Source of the DNA: Laetmonice hystrix
Lineage: Eukaryota
DNA: 64,000 nt
Assembly (NCBI GenBank): GCA_965235115.1
Contig: OZ249436.1
Coordinates: forward strand, 30,070,001 to 30,134,000
Direction: 5' to 3'
Shown here: positions 21,638-33,176 of the stretch, one piece after another
How positions within the stretch are numbered: position 1 is the stretch's first letter
Layout: each line of letters starts with the position of its first letter
The notes under the pieces: model-generated
What the model saw: the letters and a program-made list of their open reading frames with translations, nothing else
Database searches by the model: none
What the model was told of the DNA's origin: nothing
Translations under genes and position numbers: made by a program

Positions 21638-24600
21638 ATGACATCTAAGATGGTAAGCAGCGGCAACGTTTAGGCCTAATTGGATAATTACCTCCAAAAC
21701 TTTCTACTTTCTACCCGCAGGTGGGCGATAATGAAGTTCACATTATATCCGGACTGGTCGATTCTAATCTAGAAGTGTAAGGATTACACATTTTAAAAAC
21801 GTATTGAACATTATAGAGCCAGACTAGACTAGAGAATTAAGTGGTGTAGACAAACATAGGACGCGATAGGTGACAGGAAATAATGCAAGCCCAAGCATTT
21901 ATAACAATATAAGTGCCTACCGAGGAAGAATCCCCCCCCCCCACCAAAAGAAAATAATTTTAAATTGTGTTAAAAGGTAAAAGAAGGCCTATCTCTTTGC
22001 TTATTTTGTATTGTATATTTCTATATTGTATGAGATCAAAATATGCCATATTGATCATCACAGGCTATGATAGAGTATTATTGATCAACACTGTTTTACA
22101 GTGCAGACTGTCACTGTGGAAAGACATCAAGATCAAAGATGTCAGTAATAAAGAAATTATTCTCCAAGATGCGGGCCAACAGTGGCCCAGAACTAGGCCT
22201 TCAGAATACAGTTGTCACCAAAGAAAAACGACCAACAGGAATATCAGTCACAATTGTCCGTGGATTCATTCAAAATGAACAGGTAAATTATTACATTGTT
22301 ACCTAACAAATAGAATGTTTTATTGCCATATTTAATTCATAATGATACCATAAAAAGGTAAGGGGTGGTTCAACATTTTCAACATCCTACAAAGAATACT
22401 CTTTTTGATGACCATCCCCCCAAAAGTGTACATAGAAGAAAATGTCTGGTTTTTTTTGCGTGGCTGACGAACTACAGATCAACATTTTTTCCCTTTTTTC
22501 AAAAAGCGTATCTTAGGTGTTAACCCCCTCCCCCTAGCGTACGGTTTGGGCATCTGTGAAAATGATAAAAATGTTGAACGACCCGTAAAAGAAGTTATTT
22601 ATAAAAAATAAAAGTTTTCTTGAGAAGCAGCATGGTATTTCAGTACGGTAGTGTACCATATTACATATGTATCATATCAGGAAAATGAAGTTTAAAGTGA
22701 TATATCAGTGATGGAACTTTGTTGTGAAAGCTAAAAATGATGCTTTCTGACAAGGGGCTACATTGAACTTTGTATATTATGTTAATCCATTGTATCCACA
22801 AAATTATAGTTTTTAAGAGGATCAAGTCACATGTTATGACATAAATATAGAACATGCATGTACCTACTGACTGGTATTTTGTTGCAGTCAAATGTCCTAG
22901 TGAATTCCATTTCGAAAAGTAAGGAATTGAACTATGGTGCCATCACCCGGGCACTCTTAAAGAAGGCAGGGCGGGAACTTCAGAAGGCAGTGGATGTTGT
23001 GCCTGGTATGCCACAATCTGGAGATGTATTGGCTACTGCTGCCTATGGCTTGGAGTCAAACAAAGTATTCCACGTTGTCCTTCCAGACTTCTACGTTGAA
23101 GATGCTGGTGATGTAGGTCATTTTTATCTAAATGCGAAACTACTCCATTCTTGCTTGTCTTTTGTCTTCTTAAAGGTAAAATTTGCTTGATGTTACGTAA
23201 TGACTTCATATCATAAAGGTAAAGAATCAAAGCTTGCTCCTTCTAAGGGTGTTCAGGGTAATAACTAGCATTGAGGAAGATGAGGCTTGGTTTGTTTGGT
23301 GTTTGTTGTTTGAAATGACGATTTTTACCCAAGTTAATCACTTCAGGTTCATACCCATTGTGTGCTTTTATATAGAGGTTCTGGGCCCCAACACCTAGCT
23401 AAAAAATGTGAGAAAACAATAAAAAAAATCTCAAAATATGTAATGGCATTATATATGACAACATACAAATTATAATCCAGAAATGAAAACTATCCGATCC
23501 ATCCTATATCATGATGAAGAATGCTAGCGTCTGCTTAGTACTCAGAAAATCCACTAGGTTGCAGGACCAATCCCTGGGCTGGTTTTCCAGGCAAAAAATT
23601 TCTGGGGGACCATGCCCCCAGACCCCCCTAGAAGAGTTATCTTCATCGCGTCACTTTTTAAGGTCTGGTACGTGACAGCCCTGGTTTTATACAAGCATGA
23701 GTTGCAGGCATGAAGCATAGGCATGTAGGCATAGTCTCACATCCATTCATGAAAGAAATCTTTCCTAATCAGTTTGTTTGTATGTCTTCAGATTTTGGAG
23801 AAAGCTGTACTGCAATGTCTTACCATGGCAAACAACGAGTCTTTTCGATCCATCTCCTTCCCAGCTCTTGGTACGGGGGGACACGTCTACCCAGCATTTG
23901 TCAGTGCCCACAGGATGATGGAAGCTGTTCGTCGTTTTGAAGCGGAGGTTCAAACTCACCATGTGTCAGACATTCGATTCATCTGCAGTGAAAGCCGTAA
24001 CGTCAATGTAGGACTAATAATTACTTCAATACATAATCAGTATTTTCATAATCAGTGTTATTTTATAGGACAGTCCGACAACCCTTTTTTCCTTTGTGTC
24101 CAGTCATGTATCTCATAATAGCATTTCTGAATGTTCTGATCCCCTCTGTAAAAAAAAGTGAATAGTAGGAAAAAATATCTGGATCACACTGTAAAATTTC
24201 ATTACCTGACAGTGTCGTAGAATACACCTTACTGTAGAGCAATCACATTTATTTGGACTCGGGGAGTATGTCTCATTTCAATGACTTCAAAATGCAGACA
24301 TGGGCTGTTAGGTTAGATAATGCAGTGGTGATGAAAAGTGCCGGACTGCCGGACATTGCCGGCAATTTTTACTGATGTCCGATGTGAGGCATAATAACAT
24401 CTGACAGATTGTCTGGTGTTATCAGATGGTCATGATGTTGGTAACCAGTACTCAAGGTCCATGAGAAAGGTGGCAGCCTCACAGTCGGTGGTCTGTCAGG
24501 CTGCCGCCTGGCCCTGGCCGGGTGTTATGTAAGGGTAGCTGATAAGGGCAGGTGGTGGTGACTTCCCCATTCCTCCCAGTGAGGGTTGGTTTGGAGGATT

Positions 24601-27600
24601 CTTGTGCTCAGAAGAGAGCTACTTGAACTAGCTGGGCCTTGTATAACTGTCTACTATATATTTTCTTGAATCTTCTATTGGAGGAGAGCGGAATAAAACA
24701 ATACTCTGATTATAGGTTGGCCAGCTGCCCTTGGTTTAGTGAGCCAGCAGGTTGGCGTGGATAGCATTAACACCCATTGGCATTGTCTTTGTATGACACT
24801 GGGATGGGAAGGAGCTGCTTGATGTACGTGTGTTGTTAAAATGCTAAGAAAGGGGAGTATTAATCCATGAGGAGTATCATAGTTTGCAATGACAAAGGGC
24901 AACTTACTGAATTCATAGTTTGATATATTCATTCTTGGTTGAAAAAGTCCAGAATTTGAAAATGTGCCCCACCTAACATTATGGGCTGGCTAAGGGCCCG
25001 TAACTCCCTCATCAAGCACAAACCCTAGGGCCTATAGGAATTATTTTCAAAGTTGAAAAATTGTGCAATAAATTGAAAAATAAATTAAGGGCCTGATCAA
25101 ACTTGTAAGGGCCTGCTAAAAGTGTCTAAGGGCCTGCTAAAACCTTTTTGACGCCTGTTCAGATTTTGGCTAACTTCGTGTCCTAAGGTTCCATGAATTG
25201 CAAATGTGTTCCAGAATATATTTCAATGTTTTTCCATCAATAAATCTGTCACTATTACTTTGATTATTTCCTACTTTCTACTTTCCTGAAGAAATATGGA
25301 TTGTATCAGAAAAATGTGACTGATTGATATATCGTAACGCGTAATTTGACTGATACCCAGGCCAACCGTCTGTAAACATGTCTGGTTCCTTTTTGTATTT
25401 TTAACTCCAGTACTTATAGTACGGATCTAAAATTGGATATCAAACGCAGAGAAAGAAGCACAAAAGAGGAACGTTTTAAAAATGAAAGTCTAATAAGGCT
25501 ATACTTGTATTACAAAACAACAATATATTAATTTTGTTTATTGTCTGCGAAATGGAAAAATGTCAGGTGTTAAAGCCATTTTACATCTGACAAAAATGTC
25601 TGATGTAAAACAAAAATGTCAGATGTAACGCTCTTTTATATCTGACACTTTGTCAGATGTAGAAAAAAACTTTTCATCCCCACTGTAATGACTTGGACTA
25701 CATTAATCTATAAATGTATATACCCATTGACATGAACAGCCAATGAAATTTCTCAGGCCATGAACCAGTGAACTTTATTTCCTTGAATATTAGTAGCTGA
25801 GCTTACACTGGATACAATGTACATACAATGTGGCAACTGGGCCACATTAGATACATTGTATCCAGTTTGTTAGTAAATTGTAATAGATTTTTACAAATGT
25901 ACAGTCTTGGGAAAATGTTCTTTATAAAAATTAAAAAAAACTTAGGGGTTGACCATTTGTGACTGTCACCATAAAAGTTTTCTGGGAGCATCCCCCAGAG
26001 CGCCCCCTAGAATTAGCACCTTGGAATTAGCACCTTGCCTTGTGCGTTGCTTTTACAGCCTGATATACAAATATGAAGCTGTGCAACAATAAAAAGGTTC
26101 TATGAGTGCAAATGGGGTTTCCTAGTATAATTTAATGTTTTCTTCAATGATTATTAATTTTTCACTACATTTGTATTTGTGAATTTTTTCAATGTGGCTA
26201 TTTTCTTGATAAGGTATTTTCATGATATATAATACAAAGCCATATATAATGCCATTACATAATAGTAAATTATGTTTGTTTAGCTATCCAGTCCTATATG
26301 TGATGTGTTCTTGTACTAGGCTTTCCGTACAGCGATACATGAAATGCCATCAGCTTACCAACGTCCTCTAGTGCAGAAAATGAAAGACCTGCAGAAAACA
26401 TCCACTAAAAAAGGAGGAAAGACCATGTTCCGTCCATCGTCCATTCTAAGGGACAAGAAACATACACCTTCTCCTCTTACAAAGGAGTCCAGGTCATCTA
26501 CTGGAAAAACTCACCTGTTCAAGATTGGTAAAGGTTTGTGCCCTTTCAAATGCTCTATATTTCTCTGTATCCAAATAGTTTCTTATTTTGTTTTCTACAA
26601 TCAATTGTTTTCATTTTTTTTGTTAAGATATGTAATTTAGTTAAAAGATAATGTGCCCTGGGCTAAAGGATTATACATGTAATTTATTTTATATGCTTTC
26701 TTTCTTAGCATAATCTTGACTATAAATGTATGTTTGATAAAGTTCAGCTTGGAGCTCACATTGGTATTCTATGAAATGTTAGCAGTTGCTGAGGATTAGA
26801 TGGTTACAGTTGGTGAGGATTAGATGGTTACAGTTGCTGAGGATTAGATGGTTACAATTGCTGAGGATTAGATGATTACAGTTGAACTAGATAGAATTTT
26901 CTTCCCAAAGTCAGCTCCAAAAATTGTGGCATAGTCTGCGATAAATATATTGTGCTAATAACTGTCTGAGACCCCTCAGTCTTTTTCCATGACAGTGATA
27001 TATTAATCTACTGAGAACATTGCTTCCTTGCAGCCCTCGGGAAGAACAAAACTTACCGCGCTGAACAGTTGCTGACGAAGATTCGATCACATTATACATC
27101 GTCCAATGAATCATTGGTAACCACTTCATTCATTCCGTGGAGGTGGGTTCTTACACAAAGTCGATCTAGTACTTCAGGAAAAGATGTTTCCCTACTGTTG
27201 GATCAAATATTTTCTGACTCCCGACGAAGCCCAATCCTTATTCATGGCATAACTAGTGTTGGCAAATCAAGGCTTCTTCACTTGATCACTCGAAAGTGGG
27301 CAACGGGTGACTTGAAAAATGTCAGGCTCGTGGTTGTAGTGTCTTTTAGGTTACTACTTGAAATGGATGACACATCGCTTACACTGCAAAACTGTGTGCT
27401 CCACTCGCTTCAGACATTAGGAGTAGACCGTGACAGGGTCGATGAGTTGATGCATTATTGCAATGGAAAGATCCTGGTCTGCATCGACGATTTAGAAGCA
27501 TGGACCCAACGTTTTGCACAGGACCTTGTTCAGGATCATTTCTTTTCCCGCGCTCAAGTACTTGTAACAGCCCGCACGTCAAGCGCATGTTTCTCGGCCA

Positions 27601-30600
27601 AAAACTATAATCCAAAGGTAACAGTTGAACTAAAGGGTTTCACGGCAGAGCAGGTCCTCTCGTTTCTGAACGTTCACGAAGAGAATGGCAGTTTGAAACG
27701 GGCACAGCATTCCTTACCAGAAAGTGTCGTGAAGACATTAACCAAAGAATCATCATTGGCTGTGACACAAGCTCCAGGATGGTTAGAACTCATACAACAC
27801 TATGCCTTGAAAACCTCCAAGGACATAGAAAAAGAAATGGAGAGGCTGACAAAGTTTTACCCCTTGCTTAATCTCTCAGTGACCAGTCTATTTGTCTCAG
27901 ATGAGTGGAATTTCCTTGAATTTGCCATAAAAATGGGTGAAGAGTTTTTACTCCTTCACCTTCAACAGAGAAGCAAGGTGTCAACAGACTGGAAATCGCT
28001 TCTCGGTGTAATACAGGACCATCCCATGACGTGCAGGTCCATGGTGGATTACTGCATGGGGGTGTATATGGCCTCACGGGTGAGCTATGGAGAGGGTGTG
28101 CCTGAAATCACGTCAATGGAGACATTGTACCTTCTCCAAATGTCACTGACCATAGCTTGCGGACGTTCTGCAGCCACAGCTGAGTACATCCAACTTCTCA
28201 CAGATCGACTAGCACTTGATGACCCTGATGTCCGATGGGCCAGGGAGCATGCACTGGACACAGATTCGCACAGTGCGCGAGTGTTGAAACGTCTCCATGA
28301 CCTCCAGGTGGCGTGTCTCCGGGAGAGCGGCGCCTTACCAACAGGAGGACCAGGTGGGTCCATGCCTCGAGACAACCAAAAGTTTACCTTTTTCTAAAAA
28401 TTCTTGAGAAACCTTATATCAGTTTGGCTTTGCTTCTGCCTTATAGACATATAATATTTTTCAGCTGTTGTGTTTACCATTGTTAATTCCATTTTGGACA
28501 TGTCTATTTTGCAAATCCAGACGTACCTGCTGAACTGGAGTACCTTGGTGCAGAGTATGCCCGAGTGTACCGACGAGCTTGTGAGGAAGGCACTCAGACT
28601 GTCCACCGGACCCGTGTCATGCTGGTGGGTCACTTTGGGGCAGGCAAAACGAGCTTGAAACGGCGTCTCGTGAATGAGGAGTTTGACCCTGATTATCATA
28701 TCACCAATGGTATAGAAGCCGATCCGTCGGCCTGTACCATTCATGTAGATCACACCCACAACTGGAGCCTCATAAAGAAAGGTAAACTTTCTGTGCAGGG
28801 TAGTGTTAGGGATGACGTAATTTGTAATTATGTTAGCTGAAGGTGATCCAGTCCAAGGGATAGGAGAAATCTTTTTAGAGGAGCTCATATTTACCCCGGT
28901 AATAGATGGTACTTTTGTAGATTAAATGAAGACTTCCAAAGCTATAATAATAACAGTATTCTTTTTAGATTCCAGATACGTCTTTGAGTTTCCACATATA
29001 ATTTATAGGAAGAGGTCAAATCGTGAACGTGAACCTATTCCTCTGTATTTGTGGATCGCTTGTATACTTTTTTATCCTCAATGTGAACGTAAATACCGCT
29101 TAAAACTTCAGCACTGAGAGATGTAACCACGGATGAGCACAGTAGCGAAGTGGCAAAAGTCTTGTTTAGGTATTTACAAAAACTGAGTTCATCCCAGCTG
29201 CCAATCAGTGATGTCTATGATGAAACAAATACCACGGACACAGAAGAGGACGCTTCTGTATCGTCAGATGTTGCATCAGACAGCGGTACTGAAGGGCAGG
29301 GCACTCCGGAACCAGTGCTGGACACCATAGGTAATTGTGAAGTTTCTTCCTTTTGAAGAATTGATTTCTGTGTTTTTAGACCATTACCTAATTGTACACC
29401 TCAGTCGAGATAAACTTGTCGTGAATACTTCTGTGACCTTTGATTCATCTGAAATAAGGAGACCATGTCCCCTGGTGACCTGATGCTGGTATCATCAAAC
29501 GTGCCTTTTCAGTTAACTATTTAGATATTTTGCATAAATTAATATGTCTCTTACAGTGAATTATTGATATCTGAAACAAACGTTTCTTTCAGATGGTAAA
29601 AATAGTGATGCTGAAAGTGGTTCTACTGGATTCCTTGACATTTCTGGTAGCCATAACAACAGTTTTACCTCCAGTAATGGTAAGGAAGTTTTACTCATTT
29701 AAAGTGAATTTTTATAAGACCTCCTAAGACTTTTAATGTTTTTATTTTTTTCATTTTTATTGCCGTACATGTTTAGTTAGAAGTGCAAAGTTCTTGTATT
29801 TCACATGTTACGTTCCCGCTATATTTCACTCCTTTTATTTTTCCATCCTACCAATAGGCAGCCTTGCTCAGCGGTCAACATCTATGAATCTATTGGTACA
29901 AGCCATGGGAGAAGCTGGCTTACAAGATGCGGAAGAGATTGTTCAGTCTCTCCCGTTGAAAGTCATCGAAGAGTTTAAGAAACTGGTGTTGAACAAAGAC
30001 TGTCCACCTGAGTCTACGGGTGATGGCAGCGAGGTGAAGCTCTCATTCTGGGACTTTGCCGGTCAGCAGGTGTTTTACACAACCCACCAGACTTTCCTGT
30101 CCCACCGAGCCATATACCTGCTTGTACTTGACATCACAAAGGATCTCAAACATCCAATCAAAACTCTGCGCCAGGGGCGCCATGGCAAGAGAGTGGATAA
30201 GGCATGCCCTCAGGATGTAGGCCGTAAGTGGATTAACTTGTTGATAGCTACGGAATTTATGTTTTATCATGCATGTGGGATTCAGTTATTATGATGTTTG
30301 AAGGATTTGTGGCCTTTCATAAAAAGATGTTCACCGTGTCACGAGCTGGACCTGGTGTGTGTATAATTGTCCAAGGTGTTACCCCGAGTCTTGGCAAATG
30401 CTGTTGGTCACCCATGGCTGATGATATATGGTACTTTTTACAGTTCTTAAGGAGTATCTCTGCGAATTGTTGCAGATACTTTGTGATGAAATATGTTTAA
30501 CTTTCCAGAGTACCTCGATTACTGGTTAAACTGCATACACACCCATGCTGTCAAGTCTGATCAGGGTTGTCCACCGGTCCACCCAGTCCAGCCACCGGTG

Positions 30601-33176
30601 ATCATAGTCTGTACTCACAAAGATGCCCTTGAAAAGGTATTTCTCCAAGACATTTTAAGTGCAATATCAGACAATAGTAACTATATTATGCTACGTTATA
30701 TATTATATTATAAAACTACAGTTTCTTGATGGAAACAATCACTAGGGTCAAGGGCATTTTCTGTACGGTAAAGAATTGGTTATGATTTATGTTTGAAATC
30801 CTTTACTGTTGTGTCACAATTAGATCTGTTTTGGAGGATCTCCTAGCCATTATGTCAGGTAATAATTTCAACTTAAGTAAGGCAGGGTTTGTAGCAACCA
30901 CGTCCAATATCAAGAGATATTTTCTTGAATGCTCTTTAAAAATTCTGATGTGCTGAGACCTAATCTTATCAAATTTTTTACTTCAATTTGGGGAAAAGGA
31001 TTGCCAAAAGAACCAAGCATGCAAGGAGTATTTCCATGACGTTTATAGACATATCGAGGGAAAGGCCTACGCTGACCATGTCTACCAAAAGTTTTTTGCC
31101 GTATCAAATGCAGAGGAAAATGACAAAGAAATAAACCGACTGCAACAGGCCATTGTTCAGCTCGCTCAGAAACAACACTACTGGGGTGAAAGCATTCCTT
31201 TGAAATGGTTGGCACTTCGAACCAAACTTCGTGAGGTGCATGCATGTGAGGGTAGCGTGATGTCGGTCGTAGCAATCAGCGAGCTGGCCAATGAAGTAGG
31301 AATTACTAAGGAGGACGAGGTTAAGACATTCCTTCTCTTCTACCATGCACTGGGAGAGATCATTTTCTTTGACGACGTCGCTCTCAAAGAGTTTGTGATA
31401 CTTGATCCCCAGTGGCTCATGGATAACTTCCGTAAAGTGATAACAATCAGTGAATTCCACAAGCAAGAACAGTTTGAAAATAGTCGTATTCATTGGGCAA
31501 ACCTGGACGACTATGGAATCCTGCATGACGTTATTCTTGACAACGTCTGGGAGCCGAGTTTGAAACACCAGTTGGTGTGTATCATGCAGAAGTTCGATCT
31601 CCTTCTTCCAGTACCTGAGAATTACGACTTTGGAGATGATATACAGATACCTGGATACAAAAAGGGTGGGGTCAAAAGGCCGTTGTACTTTGTGCCTTGT
31701 CTCCTGCCTCAAGCCAGTGAGGAAGATATTCCACCAGTTGGACCAGCAGACCCTGGTCCCTTACAGATCGTCTTTAAGGATGGATTCGTATCAGTGGGCG
31801 TTTTTCATAGAGTTCTGGCTAGCTGCATCAATGACCTCAAGTGGTTGTGCTTTAGCAACATCTGCCATGACTTTGCAACATTTCTCCCTGATGAAGAATC
31901 GCCAGTGAGTATCAGTTTGCGATGCTTAGCTGACAGCATTGAGATAGCCGCACGAGTTCTCGAAGAGGAAGTTCAAGGCGAAAGCTCAGCAAACCCGGAA
32001 ACAACATGGCAGGAGGGCACTAGCATTCTGCCGCAGGTTCTACAGGGCCTGCTTGGTCGAGTCACTGTGATTACCCAGTCCGTGAGTCCATCTAATGAGT
32101 TTGACATTGCCGTCCGATGCCGATGCCGTGGAACGCAACAAAAAGGGGCTGTCATCAAAGTAGGGTGCAATGGTGAAAGGATTGTTGGCAAGAAACTTAT
32201 CAAATGTGCAAGACATTATTCCGCCTTTAATGCCAAGCAGTTCCATCCCTGGTTCACGGAGCCACAAACCAGAAGCGTATGTATTTTTATGACTCAGACT
32301 CAGGAAAAAACTTATCATCTTAGGTTAAACATAACTTTGGTCTTACCCTCGTAAGCATCGTTTTTTCCCCTGTACTTGTTTGTGGTAGTAAAGGACCATA
32401 TTTTTCTAGCAGGAGATTTTTTAACATTATTAACTCTTGGTGGAGGTATTGTTTTGATTTAGTGTTGAGTGATATAAATTGGAACTACCCCCAGTACTTC
32501 TCATTTATTCAGGCACAAAATAGACCAACACCAACAAACCCAACACCACCTAAAGGTAATCACTTCAAAAGATACTGGAAAAATATCTGAGAGGAAACAA
32601 ACTCTTACTCTTGGTAACATGAAGTGAAAAAAGTCACAGAGGATCTTAAAGTAATAATTACTGTATTAAATATATATCGAGAATCTTAGAGTAATAATTA
32701 CTGTATTAATTATATCGATAGGAAATTTACGTGTCATTTAACATGTGACCTCGAGTTATGTTCAAGCTTTTTACACTTCGTTGACTATGCAATTAAATCC
32801 AGTACATAACTGGAAAGATGAGTGCTACAATGACTGCAGAAGAATCAAAAGAGTGTTTTTGGTGTTTGCAGAGGTGCCTACAGAAGACCAGTTGAGCGAC
32901 CTTGCCAGCGAGTTGGGCTTTGAATGGGAACTGCTCGCAATCAAACTTGGGCAAACCTACTCGCAGATCCAGCAGTGTAAAATGGAGAACCAGTACAGTG
33001 CACACGGGTGTATATTTTCAATGTTGTGTCGATGGAGAATGCGGGCTAAGCCGGGCCATGTACTAGACATACTCACCGGGGCGCTTATTCAGTCGGCGAG
33101 AGTCGACCTGGCTGAGAAGGTCGCTCGATGGAGGTTTGCAGGCAAGGACCCATCAGTGGACCAGTCAGGCCGATGA
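21638..33176 (+). CDS. Macro - NACHT-like NTPase - Roc - COR - Death domain protein (Roco family fusion), 15 coding exons, ~1635 aa
   Basis: Exons 21638-21652, 21721-21776, 22102-22282, 22888-23112, 23792-24007, 26320-26527, 27034-28353, 28521-28781, 29112-29330, 29593-29679, 29858-30223, 30509-30636, 30999-32276, 32513-32555, 32872-33176 join in phase to 4908 nt. The first two exons and the 30999 acceptor are least certain. Confidence 0.85.
22102..22282 (+). CDS. Roco fusion exon 3 (start of macro domain: GISVTIVRGFIQNEQ)
   Basis: ttttacag acceptor, CAG|gtaaat donor, phase 2-0. Confidence 0.75.
22360..22586. mobile_element. MITE (~227 bp)
   Basis: TIRs AGGGGTGGTTCAACATTT / AAATGTTGAACGACCCGT. 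Confidence 0.55.
22888..23112 (+). CDS. Macro domain exon (PARP9/14/15 macro-2/3-like)
   Basis: NVLVNS...GAITRALLKKAG...GLESNKVFHVVLP. Confidence 0.88.
23792..24007 (+). CDS. Macro domain C-terminal exon
   Basis: LQCL...RSISFPALGTG..YP....A..MMEAV..F, IRFI. Confidence 0.9.
24323..25685. mobile_element. 1.36-kb non-autonomous TIR element with 5-bp TSD TAATG
   Basis: TIRs CAGTGGTGATGAAAAGT / ACTTTTCATCCCCACTG; subterminal (A)TGTCAGA/TCTGACA repeats. Confidence 0.75.
26320..26527 (+). CDS. Basic linker exon
   Basis: tactag|GCT, G|gtaaag; phase 0-1; AFRTAIHEM ends the macro helix. Confidence 0.75.
26785..26884. repeat. 24-bp tandem repeat (GTTGCTGAGGATTAGATGGTTACA x~4)
   Basis: direct reading, intronic. 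Confidence 0.9.
27034..28353 (+). CDS. NACHT-like STAND NTPase exon
   Basis: Walker A ILIHGITSVGKS, W-x-x-G and VVVVSFR, Walker B ILVCIDDLE, sensor-1 VLVTAR, VELKGFT; single 1320-nt phase 1-1 exon. Confidence 0.85.
28521..28781 (+). CDS. Roc GTPase exon (G1, G2)
   Basis: VPAELEYLG..YRRACEEG pre-Roc helix; RVMLVGHFGAGKTSL; ITNGI. Confidence 0.92.
29112..29330 (+). CDS. Acidic/Ser-rich insertion exon within Roc
   Basis: cttcag acceptor, G|gtaatt donor; phase 1-1. Confidence 0.75.
29593..29679 (+). CDS. Second Ser/Gly-rich insertion exon within Roc
   Basis: tttctttcag|AT ... G|gtaagg; open, phase 1-1. Confidence 0.7.
29858..30223 (+). CDS. Roc GTPase exon (G3)
   Basis: KLSFWDFAGQQVFYTTHQTFLSHRAIYLLVLDIT. 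Confidence 0.92.
30509..30636 (+). CDS. Roc GTPase exon (G4)
   Basis: YLDYWLNCIH...PPVIIVCTHKD. Confidence 0.9.
30999..32276 (+). CDS. Roc G5 + COR domain exon
   Basis: FFAVSN, WGESIPLKWLAL, FLLFYHALGEIIFF, VILDPQWL, MQKFDLL, YFVPCLL, GVFHRVLA. Confidence 0.92.
32513..32555 (+). CDS. Pro/Thr-rich micro-linker exon
   Basis: tattcag|GCA...AAAG|gtaatc; supplies the phase 0->1 change needed for the death-domain exon. Confidence 0.7.
32872..33176 (+). CDS. C-terminal Death domain exon
   Basis: LSDLASELGFEWELLAIKLG...IQQCK.EN....IFSMLCRW....L..ALIQSARVDLAE; TGA stop. Confidence 0.9.

Noticed and set aside
31104-31712. 202-aa minus-strand ORF
   Set aside because: Antisense shadow of the COR exon
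27034-33176. Calling the gene LRRK2/DAPK1/MFHAS1 or an NLR orthologue
   Set aside because: No kinase, LRR or ankyrin repeats; the architecture does not match these, so no symbol is assigned
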